From contig NC_042999.1 of NCBI RefSeq assembly GCF_006345805.1, forward strand, positions 80,414,001 through 80,478,000: a DNA stretch of 64,000 nucleotides, read 5' to 3'. The notes under the pieces are model-generated. The model ran no database searches, was not told the origin of the DNA, and saw only the letters and a program-made list of their open reading frames with translations. Each line of letters starts with the position of its first letter. Within the stretch, counting starts at the first letter, position 1. Position numbers and translations under genes: made by a program. Below are positions 1 through 14,979 of the stretch, in pieces. The stretch comes from Octopus sinensis. Its lineage: Eukaryota.

Positions 1-1
1 G

Positions 2-230
2 GAAAAGGATCCCATCAACTTTAAACAGAGTCTGGATAGATTCCTTCAAAGAATACCAGATAAGCCACCCATAATTGGATATAACTCACCCAACAAGAAC
101 TCACTAATTGAACAAAACTTGACTTAAACAAAACTTGACTTAAACAGGATTCGAATAATCCTATCAGGTGGTGCTATTAATTTAGACATGGCCTGGAGCA
201 ATCTTTGGTCGAAACATATCTAAGTTTATA
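2..230 (+). mobile_element. 3' end of a CR1/L2-group LINE (ORF2 C-terminus plus 3' UTR), continuing from upstream of the window
   Basis: Manual translation of 2-127 gives EKDPINFKQSLDRFLQRIPDKPPIIGYNSPNKNSLIEQNLT*. This fits the FKxxLDxFLxxIPDxP...NSL ending typical of invertebrate CR1-group ORF2. A short UTR and a TA tract follow. Confidence 0.65.
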
Positions 231-396
231 TATATATATATACATACACTACAAATAATTTTGTAGCCACATTTGTATGAAATCGTTTGAGTTTTATGAA
301 GTAGGCTTCTCTGGACAAGAAGAACGACATTATTTGATATTATACTGAAACGTCAGGTAAATTTTCTTCACGATACACACGCATACACAATTATAC

Positions 397-401
<5 letters not shown>

Positions 402-446
<45 letters not shown>
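402..446. repeat. (CA)n microsatellite
   Basis: Directly visible. Confidence 0.95.
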
Positions 447-451
<5 letters not shown>

Positions 452-1066
452 TATGCACAAATATTTCTGTAAATACACATGCATAGATTTATGCGTATTA
501 AGCATTTGTTAAGTTGTTCACTAACCTTTATATTCTAGAGACAGTCTTTTGTTAATGCTTCAAATATTCCAGTTTTAGAGCATTCTTTACTAAGTTGTTT
601 ATCATTTGGTCGTGATATATCAATAAAAAATATCTTGGAAAGATACACAACAACGTAAGCACTCACACTCCTACATATACTTGAATGTATATACGCATGT
701 GTGTACTGTGTGTGTGTGTGAGTGTGTGTGTATACATGCTCGCGCGTGTGTGCGTGCGCGCAGGTGATATAAACACATTTCAATAGAGAGCAGTTACATG
801 AAAATATAAATAATATGCCAATATCTCTTGTTTAGTACGATACCTTGTTATTTGTGCATCTGCTTGTCAGGAAAGACAGTTTGGCTGGAAATATCCATAT
901 TTATATGATGAATTATTGGTACATGAAATTCATTCCGAAGTATTTTAAATTCGCAATTTTACATTTGAATTTGTATTTCACAAAATACTTTTTAGGTAAC
1001 TAATGCAGATTTTTGCGACATTCGCGTACCAGAGCAAATTCATGTAACTATAGCAAATAACCTCGT

Positions 1067-1180
1067 ATCAAAAGTGTGTACGGACACTTTAGTAAGTGCA
1101 TGAATGTGCGGAGACATAGTAGATACAGGGGTATGCTGTCCTTGACTCTACATTGCTGTCTACGTTATTAAGACACCTCG
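1067..1180 (+). repeat. ~113-bp dispersed direct repeat, copy 1
   Basis: aaagtgtgtacggacactttagtaagtgc...ttattaagacacctcg recurs at 2190-2303 with scattered substitutions. Confidence 0.9.
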
Positions 1181-1701
1181 AGTGTGTGTGTGTGTGTGAG
1201 TGCATGTGTACATGTGCATTAATGCGTACCCTTTCTTAGTTGGACATTCCTCAAGCGATACTTGTTCTCTCTCCTGCCAGCTTCACTGCTGATACGCCTC
1301 AGTTTTGTGCTCTGCTAGTCTGCTAGTTGCTGAGAAGAGTAGATCTGCACCTTGGTGTATTTCATTGTCTTAGGAAATCTAGCACGTGAACGACATGTTA
1401 GGAATCTTGGTCTGTGCTACGTAGTCTTCTTTGAATTTCCCATTACATGTCCAAATCATTTACTTATCCCGTTAATGGAGTTTTAAATGAAAGACTTTAC
1501 TCATGCAGATATTTCTCATCGCATTTCATAGCATGAGATATGTGCGTTTCTATTAAGTAAGAAGATATGCAAAATATCGAAGGTGATGTCGATGAATGGA
1601 AAGAAAGAGAAAAGACAGTGTATTGATATACATACGTTCACAGTTTGTGTCTGTGTCTCACTCCACAGTCTCATACACACGCACATGCATACACACATGA
1701 G

Positions 1702-1741
<40 letters not shown>

Positions 1742-2124
1742 AAGAGAGAAAGAGAGAGATTGGAAGACATAAAGAGAAACAGTAAGAGATGAAAAACACA
1801 CAAATAGAACGAAGAAGATTATGCGTTAAGGAAAAGGACAAAAAAGACCGATATGAATTTACAGACGTAAAACACGTGCTGGTAAAATCAAAGAAATGAA
1901 ACGAACCCGTAATAAGAAGAATGTAAGATTATAAATAAATGTAACATTTCGGGATGTTTACTTCATCAAAGAGTGAAAGAGAAATATAAGAAATAAGGAA
2001 ATAACAAGGGAGAGGGAAATAGATAGAGCGCGAGCGAGCGGAAGAGGGGGAGAGGGAGAGAGAGAGAAAGAGAGCAGTGTACCTATATAAATATACATAC
2101 ACGCACACACGCGCAAACACACGA

Positions 2125-2157
<33 letters not shown>

Positions 2158-2189
2158 GCAAGGTAAAGTCAATGACAAGCATAACCATC

Positions 2190-2303
2190 TATCGAAAGTG
2201 TGTACGGACACTTTAGTAAGTGCGTGAGTGTGCGGAACACATTGTAGATACACGGGTATGCTGTCCTTGACCTACCTGCTGTCTTCGTTATTAAGACACC
2301 TCG
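2190..2303 (+). repeat. ~113-bp dispersed direct repeat, copy 2
   Basis: Aligns by eye with 1067-1180. Confidence 0.9.
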
Positions 2304-2341
2304 ATTCTATGGTTCCTGAAGAGATTATGTATGCATGTATA

Positions 2342-2378
<37 letters not shown>

Positions 2379-2571
2379 ATATATATATATATATATAGAT
2401 ATATACACACACCACACACACCACATATATATATATATATAATATATATATTGTTACTTTTTATCATTATTATTATTATTGTTATTATTATTGGTCTTCT
2501 TCTTCTTATTATTATTATTACTAGTCTTCTTCTGCTTCTGCTAACTTAACCGATACCGCAAATGGAGTTGT

Positions 2572-2617
<46 letters not shown>

Positions 2618-3305
2618 ATATACACACACGTATATGTATATATATTCTTTTATTCTTTATTCTTTATACGTTCCACACCAGCCCTATATATGCCTGAATG
2701 CATACGTATTAGTGTCTGTGTAAAGACAAAAAACAAAAAAAAAAATGTTCCTCTATACTTTGGTACCATAATGGTAAGAAATTAAGAGAGAAGTCTCCTC
2801 GTGCGTAGTTACTATTGGGTAGGGATACGTGAAATTTAGCAACTAGAATTATATATCATACTTAAATATAATGGCTGAAACATGTTATAAAAAGAATGTA
2901 GGAAACCTGACATGTGAAGCTAATACAATATATCAGTTATTTCAAATTATGTGGAATGTGTATTTAGAGACACAGATACACACATACACCTACTCATTCT
3001 TCTACTCTCTACAGCACATGCAGATATATATATTATATATATATGTGTGTGTGTGTGTGTATGTGAGTGTGTGTGCGTGTGTGTGTATGCGTGTATATGT
3101 CTGTGCATTCATATACATACATACGGATATAAATATATATATGTCATATATCATATATATGTATACACACACACACACATATATATACAATATATCAGGT
3201 ATATCATATATCAAATATATCATATATCATTCATGTACATATAAGTATATATGCATATATGTGTATGTATATATATATATATGTGTGTGTGTGTGTATAT
3301 ATATA

Positions 3306-3359
<54 letters not shown>

Positions 3360-3769
3360 AATACATACATTTCTACATATATATGCGTGTGTGTATATAT
3401 TATATATATATGTGCGTATATGTGCGTGTGTGTTGCAGCCCACTTGAGTTTATCACCGTTAGATTATTCAAATTTCGATGTATGCAATAATATTGAGTTA
3501 CAATAACACTTAGAGCGGTAACAGATAAAAATATTAACGTAATCTGGATAGCATTATGGTAAAAGTGATAAAAACGTAGGTATTTTTCCCTACTACAAAA
3601 TTGTACTTAGCAAAATGAGGTTATTAACCATATCCATTTATATTCTCTCTCATATACACACGCACACATTTATATACATGTATACATTTATAAATATGTA
3701 CTTTTATATAGGTGTGCGCACACACACCAAATGCACGAATAAATATACACTTATAGTACATATATTGCA

Positions 3770-3940
<171 letters not shown>

Positions 3941-5215
3941 GCCAAACACTCACGCACCGTACGCACAGACACAAACACGTACACATACATGCGCGCCCAC
4001 GCATACATATATTCATATATATTTGTATGCGTGTGCCTATCGCTTATTTTTAGAGGGCATAAATAGGATGGTTTGAAATTGTAGTATTTCTTTGTGTGCT
4101 TATATATTTTGGGGAAGATAAGAATATTTTGTGCTTTGCCGTATTTTTTTAACATACCGAAATGAGGATATACGGAAAAAAAATCAAGATGATAATAGCA
4201 TCTGGATATGCCAGGGGAATATTTATAACAGAATAATATAATAATTGCTTAGATACAGGTGCACGCAAAAAAACACTTACGACCATATGCTACCAGTTGA
4301 TACTGTACTATAAATCTACCTGCTGGAAATAGCTGATAAATTCTCCTCAATCTACGCATTATCTTGAAAAAGAAGCAAGGACCTCATTCGATAAAATACT
4401 TTTGTATTCAGAAAAACGGAAAAACCCACCTCCACAAAAAAAAAGGAAACAAAACAAAACAAACTTATCACAAAGTGCAGAAGTGGCTCCGCCTGCATAT
4501 GTGATAGCCTGATTTAAACATAGATAGACAGTGCCGTTTTAACGGAAAGATATAGGTGAAAATATAGTTTTTATTATAGACAATAATGAGATTATCGTAT
4601 CAAGAAGATCTTTGGTTATATTTCTGTTCTGTGAAGTCAGGTATTGTGTTATAGAACTATAACACGACAAATAATACTCTTAACTGGAACATACCTAGTC
4701 TAGGTAATCGCTATGCGGAGTGGGCAGATTATTTTTCAAGTGCTTTTGTCGATCCTGCCGAGCTTCGAAGACATCTTTCATAGATCATTATGTTGCGAGT
4801 TGCGATTTATTGTGGTCTGAGCTGCGATTCTGAGTAGTGTTTTCTGAGTAGTGTTCTTTATACTTCATGCATCCATCGTTGCTCCAGACTGCGTGAGTAA
4901 ATACTTTGGCAAGAAAGTCTTTAAAAAATATTCAGTAAAACGACAGATCACTTGAGACCTTCAGTTTCGGAAGCTGCACTGAGTAGAAAATAAGAAGGGA
5001 AGAAAAGAAAGAAGAGAGAGTGAGAGAGAGATAGGAGAGAAGCGAAATGAAATAGAGCAATTAAGTAAAGAACAAGAGAATGGAGGAGAAATATTAATAA
5101 TATTATTAACTATTAACAGATTGTTAATAAGAAACATTGGCAGTCTGAGTGCCAGGAAGAAAAGTATAAAACTGAAAGAAATATTGTCAGCAGAAAAGAA
5201 ATATAAAAATATATA

Positions 5216-5447
5216 TTTCTTTATTGCTCACATGGGGCTAAACATATAGAGGACAAACAAGGACAGACAAAGGGATTAAGTCGATTTCATTGACCCCAGT
5301 GCGTAACTGGTACTTAATTTATCGACCCCGAAAGGATGAAAGGTAAAGTCGACCTCGGCGGAATTTGAACTCAGAACGTAACGGCAGACGAAATACGGCT
5401 ACGCATTTCGCCCGGTGTGCTAACGGTTTTTGCCAGCTCGCCGCCTT
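5216..5447 (-). mobile_element. tRNA-derived SINE (octopus-type family), near full length
   Basis: Reverse complement reads aggcggcgagctggcaaaaaccgttagc...gagttcaaattccgccgaggtcgactttacctttcatcctttcggggtcgataaattaagtacc...aataaagaaa. It has A-box-like (tggcaaaaaccg) and B-box-like (gagttcaaattcc) motifs. Same family as 48418-48773. Confidence 0.85.
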
Positions 5448-5659
5448 CTGTACCAGCTCGCCGGGCTAGGAAATCTGTAAACAAAGTAAGAGAGAATAGG
5501 TGATAATGAAAGCGACTGATCTATTTTTTTACATATTTACGACTGGGGAACATATTTTATATTTTTCTTATCTACCCCAATTTTGGAGTTGGCCACACTC
5601 ATCATCTGCATCTAAAATTGCTACCCTTCTTTTAATCAGCTGAGTTATTTTGTTGTCAC

Positions 5660-5910
5660 CTCGTTTTCGGTCTATCATTGACACTTAGTTAATTTTAAAA
5701 TTTCCCAGCATTCATTTTGGTCATTTTCCATTTGTGGTCGCCAGAGAACATCTTGTGACCTCTTCGTTTATTTTTCATTAATTTCAAATCTTTTCATCCT
5801 TATTGCTTATTAATTTCACTCCTACTTACACCCACAAACTACTCCCTCACTATAACCATCTTCACTTTTACAATTGACCACTTTCGATAACCGGAGCCCC
5901 AAATTGTTAT
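5660..5910 (+). mobile_element. highly decayed Penelope-like RT fragment
   Basis: FRSIID (5665-5682) resembles FRYIDD, and SFHP (5789-5800) resembles the PLE 'NSFHPxLKFT' motif. Frames are broken. Confidence 0.3.
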
Positions 5911-6459
5911 TGTTTTAAATAGTCATACTCTATTTTCGTCTCGCAAAATTTTACCTCCAACTCAATACCATAAGAAAATATCACTTCTTAACATGTACCT
6001 GGAATTTTTCCTCTCAAGCAAATTTATTCTATATTTCAATTCATACTCACGAATTGACGACGCTAACCAATACTTTCTTTGTATTCTGCTATTTTTTTGT
6101 AACTGGGAGATTTTCTACATTAAATAAGAATAAGAAGATACTGTCACATCATACAGAGTCTGTAAAATATTGTTATTTTACACACTCTGTTGGTTGTTCC
6201 ATTTAATGATGAAGAGAAACTCTGAACTGGGATAAGAGGACTTGATAGAGAAAGAGTGCACTATGAGTTGTGCGCTTAACATCAGATAAAATATTTTAAC
6301 TACAAGGATACAGAGCAACGACGGCAAAAGTTTCCAACGAAACAAAAGCTTGATTCTATTAAATAAAGCAAAAGACGTAGACACATGAGTCTGAATAAAT
6401 AAGAATAATACAGCATGCATATTTTTTCAAAAGTGTGCTTCACAGAGTGAAAATTTATA

Positions 6460-6785
6460 TTCCGGGTTCAGCCCCACTGCATGGCACCTTGGGCAAGTGT
6501 CTTCTACTATAGCCTCGGGCCGACCAAAGCCTTGTGAGTGGATTTGGTAGACGGAAACTGAAAGAAGCCCGTCGTATATATGTATATATACATGTGCGTG
6601 TGTGTATGTTTGTGTGTCTATGTTTGTCCCCCCAGCATCGCTTGACAACCGATGGTGGTGTGTTTACGTCCCCGTAACTTAGCGGTTCGGCAAAAGAGAC
6701 GGATAGAATAAGTACTAGGCTTACAAAGAATAAGTCCTGGGGTCGATTTGTTCGAATAAAGGCGGTGCTCCCGTATGGTCACAGC
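6460..6785 (+). mobile_element. tRNA-derived SINE (second octopus-type family), head truncated, internal (TG)n/(TA)n tract
   Basis: ccgggttcagccccactgcatggcaccttgggcaagtgtcttctactatagcc...gaaactgaaagaagcccgtcg...gtccccgtaacttagcggttcggc...ggcggtgctcc, with a B-box-like gggttcagccc. Confidence 0.75.
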
Positions 6786-7683
6786 TCGTAGAATAATGTA
6801 GTATCATATTAAAATTTCTCCCATATTTGCGAACGATACAGTCTGACAGGAGTCTCTGTAATAGTAAGGCAGCAACTAGCAAGTCTCACAAGCTGTTGTA
6901 GACTCTGAGTGAAAAAGTGTGCCTAAATTCGGCCATAAAGAAAGTTTGGTAGATCATTCGATAGTTCTTTTAGATGAGTCCCAAATTTCTCTGGTACTTC
7001 CAAACTGTAAATAGACCGTCGCACGTTCGATTTCAAGGCGTCGCTACGATAAAATCAATCTTAGGAAGAAATGGTATGTGCATGTCTGAGTTTGAAGGTA
7101 AATATCTCTGCATCTGTGCTTCCACTATAAACCAGAAGGTGATAGTTACAATCTTGACAAACGGCATCTTAATAAAATGTACTAAAATACTATATGACAA
7201 CAGTTGTCTTCTGATAACTTACCGTATATGTTACTCAGCTACTGAAGAGTTGCTATAGCAGCGTCTGCAAATGTGTGACACTGTGAAAGCATAGACAAAC
7301 GAATACAATAGATGAACATAGGCAAAAACAAAAAAATGAAATATAGAGATAATGACAGTGATTGAAAGAATATGATGGTAGATTGAACTGTAAGTAAAAA
7401 CGACTTGTGAAGAGGGTGCAAGAAAACCCCACGAAAATGTATTCCGTTTTGGTCACAAGAGGAAGATAAGTTGTGAGCAACAGCGGTTATGCGAAAGAGG
7501 ATATGATAGCGCGTTCTTCGGTTTTAAGCTGTCCTTCACCAAAAAAAACCCAAAAAAACAAAAACAAAACAAAACGAACAAGGAAACAAGAGGAGAATTA
7601 CAACTTCAACAGTCAGTTCAAATCTAGGAACAGAAGGAAGAAAATGACTGTGAAAGGTGAGAGAGTGAGTGAGTGAGTGAGTA

Positions 7684-7715
<32 letters not shown>

Positions 7716-7949
7716 TGAGAGAGAGAGAGAGTGAGAGAGAGAGAGTGAGGGAGAGAGAGAGTGAGGGAGAGAGAGAGAGTGATAGAATAACAACCGAGTC
7801 GAGAGAAATAAAGAGACGTGTTATACAGTATATAAATATGCATGTGTCTGTCTCTGATACACTCGCACACTCATACATAATACATAGAAATTAAATAAGC
7901 GTTAGAGATGCTTTACCACATTCCGAAACTACAGGAACTGCATAAAAAC

Positions 7950-8830
7950 ATTAAAGTCACATCCCTGATGTTGACCAAAGCTATTGCACTGTTGGAAGCC
8001 TCCTGAGGTTACGACCGCTTGTACGCTTTACCTGAGAGAGAGAATAAGGACTAGATAACCCCTCGAATACAGAGAGGCTCCATCTGCGGATCTTTGTCAA
8101 CCATATTAAATTCATCTCAGCTGCTATGATTCTCTTTTTGGTGGTTTTCTCCAGTTGTTTGAGTTCCAAGATTTTAACACATTAATCTTGCCGAGAAACC
8201 TCATCAGCTGAATTCAATAGGGGATTTTGTTGCATGACATCCTTTGACAAGAGTTTCATCAACTTCGGATATTTGGTTTCCTTCCATTCGCGATAAATAT
8301 AAAATCTTTGGTTTCCTTCCATTGGCGATAAATATAAAATCTGTCTTTCCATGTCATTGTTATTTCAGCCAAAATGATCGTTTGTGTGCTCTTGGATAGA
8401 AGGAAAATGTCTCATCGGAGCAACGTTACTGCCACCACTTCTTGAAAGGGGTGTCTACCTTTCAGATCCATTTACACAATCAGAGCTTTGATGCAAAATT
8501 CAAGATGCCTCAACAATATTACTTTGGCCTGAGATTCATTACAAATCTTCCTTAGGAATCTCACCTTTTGTTAGCGATGCCTATTAGTTATTGGATTTGA
8601 CTCTTTGCAGTTCTTTGTCGTTAGAAATTTCAGCAAGGATATTGTCTTGCCTGAACTCGTTTCGGTTTTCTCCCAGTGCTATAGCTCACCTAGTCAAAGT
8701 GTCGTACAAGATGAACAATGCTTTTATCTTTTGAGAACAGCAGATTTTCAAAGTTATTTGATGTAAGAAGTCAGCAAATGGTAGAGAGGGATAACAAATT
8801 TCCATGATTAGTATTCCAAGGATCCATCTA
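7950..8830 (-). mobile_element. decayed RTE-clade LINE RT fragment
   Basis: Minus-strand pieces FAD (RT motif-like), IQLMRFL...SWN and KKRIIAAEMN resemble the RTE thumb region KIRLMRSL...CESWTL...KRIxAAEM. Many stops and frameshifts. Confidence 0.45.
8272..8341. repeat. 35-bp tandem duplication, one mismatch
   Basis: tttggtttccttccatt(c/g)gcgataaatataaaatc occurs twice. Confidence 0.9.
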
Positions 8831-8978
8831 GTTCAGTGACCGTTTGAATACTTAATCACTTCTCTTGGGCAAGGAAGAAACTATTGCATTTACACACACA
8901 CGCACACACACACATGCACACAAACACACACACAAATTAATTATGTGTGTGATTGTATGTATGTATGTATATGTATAT

Positions 8979-9020
<42 letters not shown>

Positions 9021-10013
9021 TATATATATATATATGTGTGTATGTGTGTGTGTATATACATACATATACAAGTATGTATATGTGCGCGTATATATGTGTG
9101 TGTGTCTTGGAGGGCGAGTGTGAATATGAGTGTACTTTAGTTGGATAGTAGAAAGTTGCTGACAATTTTAAGGCTTTTTGCTGCCTGAGGCTTTTGCCTT
9201 TGTATCTCACTTAACTGACAAATTATCTGTTTGGCTCAATTCTAATTTTCCTATTAATGTGACTTTTATTCTTTTAAATACTTATTGAACGACGCCGTAT
9301 TTGTCATCGTTAGTGTATAAACTCTCAGGTATCTGACATCTCGCCCGTTTAAAATTTGATCTGAAGATGGTGGATTATATCTTACATAAACTATAAATAA
9401 ATTAATAAAATTCTACAGCAACAGCTCATAAATATTAAACTCATAAATCTCATAAATATTAAACTCTATCTGTGTTCTCTTTTTATACATATGGCACACC
9501 TGGAATCAACACCAGAATCGGATTTACTGTTTAAATAATATTTATTACTTACATACCTGCAATATCTTACCAACACGTGATATCAATGTGCACGCGCGCA
9601 TGTGTGTGTATGTGTGTATGAGTGTCTTTGCCTGTGTTTCTGGGCGTATATCTACGCTTTTCTTCATATTCAGCGTTGCACGCAGTATTGGGCATTTTCA
9701 TTGAAAGAAGCAATGAAAGCCAAATGTTCGAAATTTCCTTTTGAATTAAATATGTCACTTAAAAGTGTCAAAATAAACTAGCAATCATTGGCCTTTGAAA
9801 TGCGAAACAGCTAAATAAATGATTGCTATATTGACCTCCCGTGATCTCGTAAACCGATCGATTGGGTTACACTTGAATTGGCTTATCTACAATTTTCTCT
9901 AGTCAATGACTTATTCCTATTTCTTTGCGGAAGATATAATTTATATTAATTAAAATGCTTTGTTGTCTTCGCTCATATAATTAATATGTCTAATATATGT
10001 ATGTGCATATGTG

Positions 10014-10044
<31 letters not shown>

Positions 10045-10097
10045 ATACACAGACAGTTATTCTGATATATATGTGTGCGTATATATTACATTTCTAC

Positions 10098-10161
<64 letters not shown>

Positions 10162-10247
10162 CATGCATATATTATATATGTATACAGTATACATATGCAT
10201 ATATATATATGAGACCATATATACATACGTAAATACAAACACACACC

Positions 10248-10302
<55 letters not shown>

Positions 10303-10544
10303 TATATATATCATATACATCACTCACATATATTTATTCAGAAGAGCATACTGTATGTAGATTTAGTAATTAATTATAAGTTGAGAAATCTCTATAGGAT
10401 TAGTAACGTATTTGAACCGAATAAGTCTTTCTCAAACGGAATATTTCGTATTTATCATTGAAAATCTTCATTCTCACCTCGCTCTTCCTATCTGGATATT
10501 TGTGTGACTGTATATGACTTCATGTGCAGACGTTCCAGACATAC

Positions 10545-10856
<312 letters not shown>

Positions 10857-11361
10857 AGTTGATTCGGCTCCATGCAAAGTAAAAGTTTCTAGCCTCGTAG
10901 AATGAACCTAGCGCATTGGGCATTTGGAGATTAAGTAAGTGGAAATGAAACAAATATATATCTTCTAGATGTTAGTTCTCGACTCGTCAACTCAGGTCAC
11001 GTGGTGTTATTGGTTTGTGACATCAGTTCCTATGTTATAACTAGTGTTCTATATCTGGACACTGCAGTGTGGCATATTAGACGTTATAAGCTGTTAAACA
11101 TGTCACAACGGATTGTGGTCACGGCGACAGCCACCGAATAATCAGATTTGGATTTGCTTGTTTGGGTTCTCCGTGCCGATGGGGTTGTAGTGTATACAGG
11201 CAGCAAATGTTAAGTGCAGTCATATTGTGTATGGAGCATTCACGCCAAGGGTAAATATATCAAGATTGTTGGATCCCAATAGTCTGAAGTCATAGGCAAA
11301 TAAATGGGAAAAGCATTTTTAATTAAGTTTTAAATACATCTTAAAATTATCAATTGCAACG

Positions 11362-11429
<68 letters not shown>

Positions 11430-11734
11430 ATAGAAAGAGAGAGAGAGTGAGAAACAGACAAGGAAGGGCATGTGGTATAAACACTTTGTTGAGTGAGGCT
11501 CAAATGTGCATTTGGTAAAAATACAGTGTTACAATTCAGTATAAATCAAAAGACTTCTTAAATAACTGATGCGCATAACATATAAACATATATACATACA
11601 CACGCACACTCCTATACGTATATATGTATATCTATGTTCATATATAATATATAAATTTATCTTTTTAGCTATGTCTTTGTTTACACACATATGCACACAC
11701 ATATACCACAGATATACAATACAAGATATACTGA

Positions 11735-11800
11735 TAGAGTGGGACTGGACCTGGAACCATGTGGTTGGGAAGCAAACTACTTACCACGAACTACACAGAC
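11735..11800 (-). mobile_element. 5' head fragment of the same SINE family as 6460-6785
   Basis: Reverse complement gtggtaagtagtttgcttccccaaccacatggttccaggtccagtcccact has a tRNA-like head and overlaps the ccgggttcagccccact start of the 6.5-kb copy. Confidence 0.55.
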
Positions 11801-11809
11801 ATGCATGCG

Positions 11810-11846
<37 letters not shown>

Positions 11847-12265
11847 ACATAGAGAATCCACTTATAGGGATTCTATGCATTAGAAAGAACAGCTAAGTTC
11901 TATGACCACAAAAAATTCGGGATAAATTTCGACAGGAATAAATTTGGAAATGAAACACATTTACCACCTAGTTTCCTGAACCAATTGGTTTCTAATCATC
12001 TTTTAGCGAGTCATGGAGAACTCACAAGGTTTGATTTTCTTCAGCAGGTCCAACCTAGTGCTAAACATATCCACACGAAACAGAACAAGGCTACCTGTCT
12101 CGTGTTTATACGAGCTAACTTTTCAAATTTAGTGCACAGACGCAGTTCTTCGTTGGCTACAATAAAAAACTGCCAACTTATTAACCGAAAATTATCCAAA
12201 AACTTACAGTATTTAAACATATCAAAGGGAAACATATCCCTTTGATATGTTTATATATATATATA

Positions 12266-12324
<59 letters not shown>

Positions 12325-13045
12325 AACAGACATAGACAAAGAGACTGTTGATGACAATCCTTTCCAGATTAAGCGTGTGAATATTTGAAAGTTTGAATAT
12401 ATAATCAATGGGAAAAGAAGGAATAGCACCGAAACTTTAAGATTATGTTTTCACTTCATATTGTAAATATTTAATGAGAATCAAGTCATTAAATCGCCTT
12501 TTATGGAAATCAGTTATGTTTTGTGTTTTAGTTTTATCAAAGTCCACATTAAATTTATTCTTGAGAAACATCTTAAAATTTCCATCCGTTATTAGCCAGA
12601 TATACGCCATTTTATCCTTGTTTGTAGTCATCGGTATATCATAATCCAAAGTAAATAAATTTTGCTACATTAAACATTTTTCTAAGCTAGACACTTCCTA
12701 AAAACGTTTTCAAAACTCTCTGCGCATAGAAATGCACACATGTTCAACTTATTTTCACTAGATGTTGAAATGAGGCAAAAAAGAATTCTTGATTGCATTT
12801 TACACTGTGTTGAGATTTATACCTCAAAGGGGTACTCTGTATAAGAGGACAGGGAAATATTATTATGCGTCCACTATCGCTGAAAGATTAAATAACCTGA
12901 CTACGCCAATTTACAAAAATATAACAGCGTTGATATCTTATTAGATAAATCACCATTTTTTAATGATATTATTCGATGACATCACGTCATCAAAATATAT
13001 ATAATGTTGACCTTAAATGTTTGTATGTATGTGTGTATATTATAT

Positions 13046-13095
<50 letters not shown>

Positions 13096-13097
13096 AT

Positions 13098-13151
<54 letters not shown>

Positions 13152-13318
13152 TATACACATACATGTATATGTATATACATATCTGTGAGTATGTGAGTGT
13201 TCATTTCATCAAAATGTATATAATGTTGACCTAACATGTATGCATATAAATATATATATATGAGTGTGTGTATGTGTGTGTAGATATATATCTCCATATA
13301 TACATACATATATCTATA

Positions 13319-13376
<58 letters not shown>

Positions 13377-13395
13377 TATATATATGTAGATACAC

Positions 13396-13703
13396 ATGCA
13401 TATTTGGGTACATTACGTCATAAAACGTAAAAAACATGAAATACGAAAACATGGAATAAGAACTTTTTTGCAAATAACGAAAGAAACAAATGGAAAACAA
13501 GAAAAGTAACGTAAAGAACGACCCTTCATCAGTTGTCGGCTGTTTTATCTATTCCACATTTCGATGAACGGTCGTCTTTCATGTTACTTGCTTTGTTTTC
13601 CATTTGTTTCTGTCGTTGTTCACAAAAATGTCCTTATTCCATATTTTCGTATTTCGTATTCATATTGTTTACGTTTTATGATGTCCTGTACCCATATATG
13701 CAT
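13396..13703. mobile_element. ~308-bp fold-back (MITE-like) element flanked by a 12-bp direct repeat
   Basis: Arms 13396-13530 and 13563-13703 are imperfect reverse complements around a 32-nt loop. tgtagatacaca occurs at 13385-13396 and 13705-13716. Confidence 0.75.
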
Positions 13704-14979
13704 TTGTAGATACACACAACACTCACACACACACACACACACACACTCACACATATAAGTACATATATGTATATATGCACATATATATTATTTATATTGT
13801 ATATATATATATATATATGCATATCTATACGTATGTATATATGTCTGTGTGTGAGCACGTATATGTTTGTGTGTGTATGCGTGTGTGCTTTTGTGTGAAT
13901 GTGTGCTTGTGTGTGAGTGTGTGTGCGTCTGAGCGTGTGTGTGTGTGTAGATAGAGGGATAAATATATACGTATATTAATATATGCATGTACGCATTTTA
14001 TGCTTTTATCTTGTATGCATGTGTGTAAATGTGTGCGTGTGCGTTTACTGTATGTGCTTATTGGCATGCTGTAATAGCTACCACTTTTTCTTATTTCTTC
14101 CTTTCTCTATATTCCCTCCTTCGAGAATTTGCAGTTTAAATTTGAGAAGGAACATAAATTTTCAGTGATATTCTATTTTTTGAATAGAATTTTATATCTG
14201 TAACCAGAAAGTGATCCCATGAATAGATAATTCAATGCATGAAGAGCAGTTTAGCGCCAGTATATGAAAGCGATTAATACCTCGTTTAGACGAGAAGGTG
14301 ACACAGACCTGGAAACGTAATAAATCATTCACCTACGCATCAGCGAACTGCTTGCAGAAGTTAGAATTCAAGGATCTAAAATTATAATATTTAAAAAAAT
14401 TTTTACCATCTAAATCTAACGCTAACGCTCTTGTTGAAATGAGATAAATGTTAAATGAATACACTTTGCATAAATAAAACTTGTTATCACCTCGAGGATA
14501 AAAAAAGGGAAGTCAATAATGAACAGCAGAAGCTCGACAGTTGCCATGCAAATATTGTATAAACAACTAGTCGCATATGGCGAAATATTTACAATTTATT
14601 TAAATCTGGATAATAAACCTGCAGTGTATTTGTTTTATTCTATTTTTTAAAAGAATTTGGGTGATCAGCAGAGTCTATGACTATTTAAAAGGCCTGTGTG
14701 ACTGTTATGCAGAAGGAAGCTCTCTTCAAACAGGGTCTTTGCTCGAATACTTGAAATAGAATAACGCCGGTAACTTACATAATAATTTTGCTGATTTCTC
14801 CATCTTTCTACGTCCTTTGTGATAAGTGTAACATATCTATCCATATTGACAAAGGGATCACAAAAACCGCCAGGTTTTGGCGATCGAAAAGAGAAATGAA
14901 CTTATTTATGCCCTGACAGACGCCTTCATTCCTTCGGGTTAAAGCATCGGATTGAATGAATGGAAAAAAAAAACAACTT

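Noticed and set aside
305-360. Small exon ending in cag|gtaaat
   Set aside because: No polypyrimidine tract, no recognisable peptide, and no partner exons.
7242-7262. CTGAAGA followed by a small hairpin
   Set aside because: No GAAA after the stem, so not a hammerhead.
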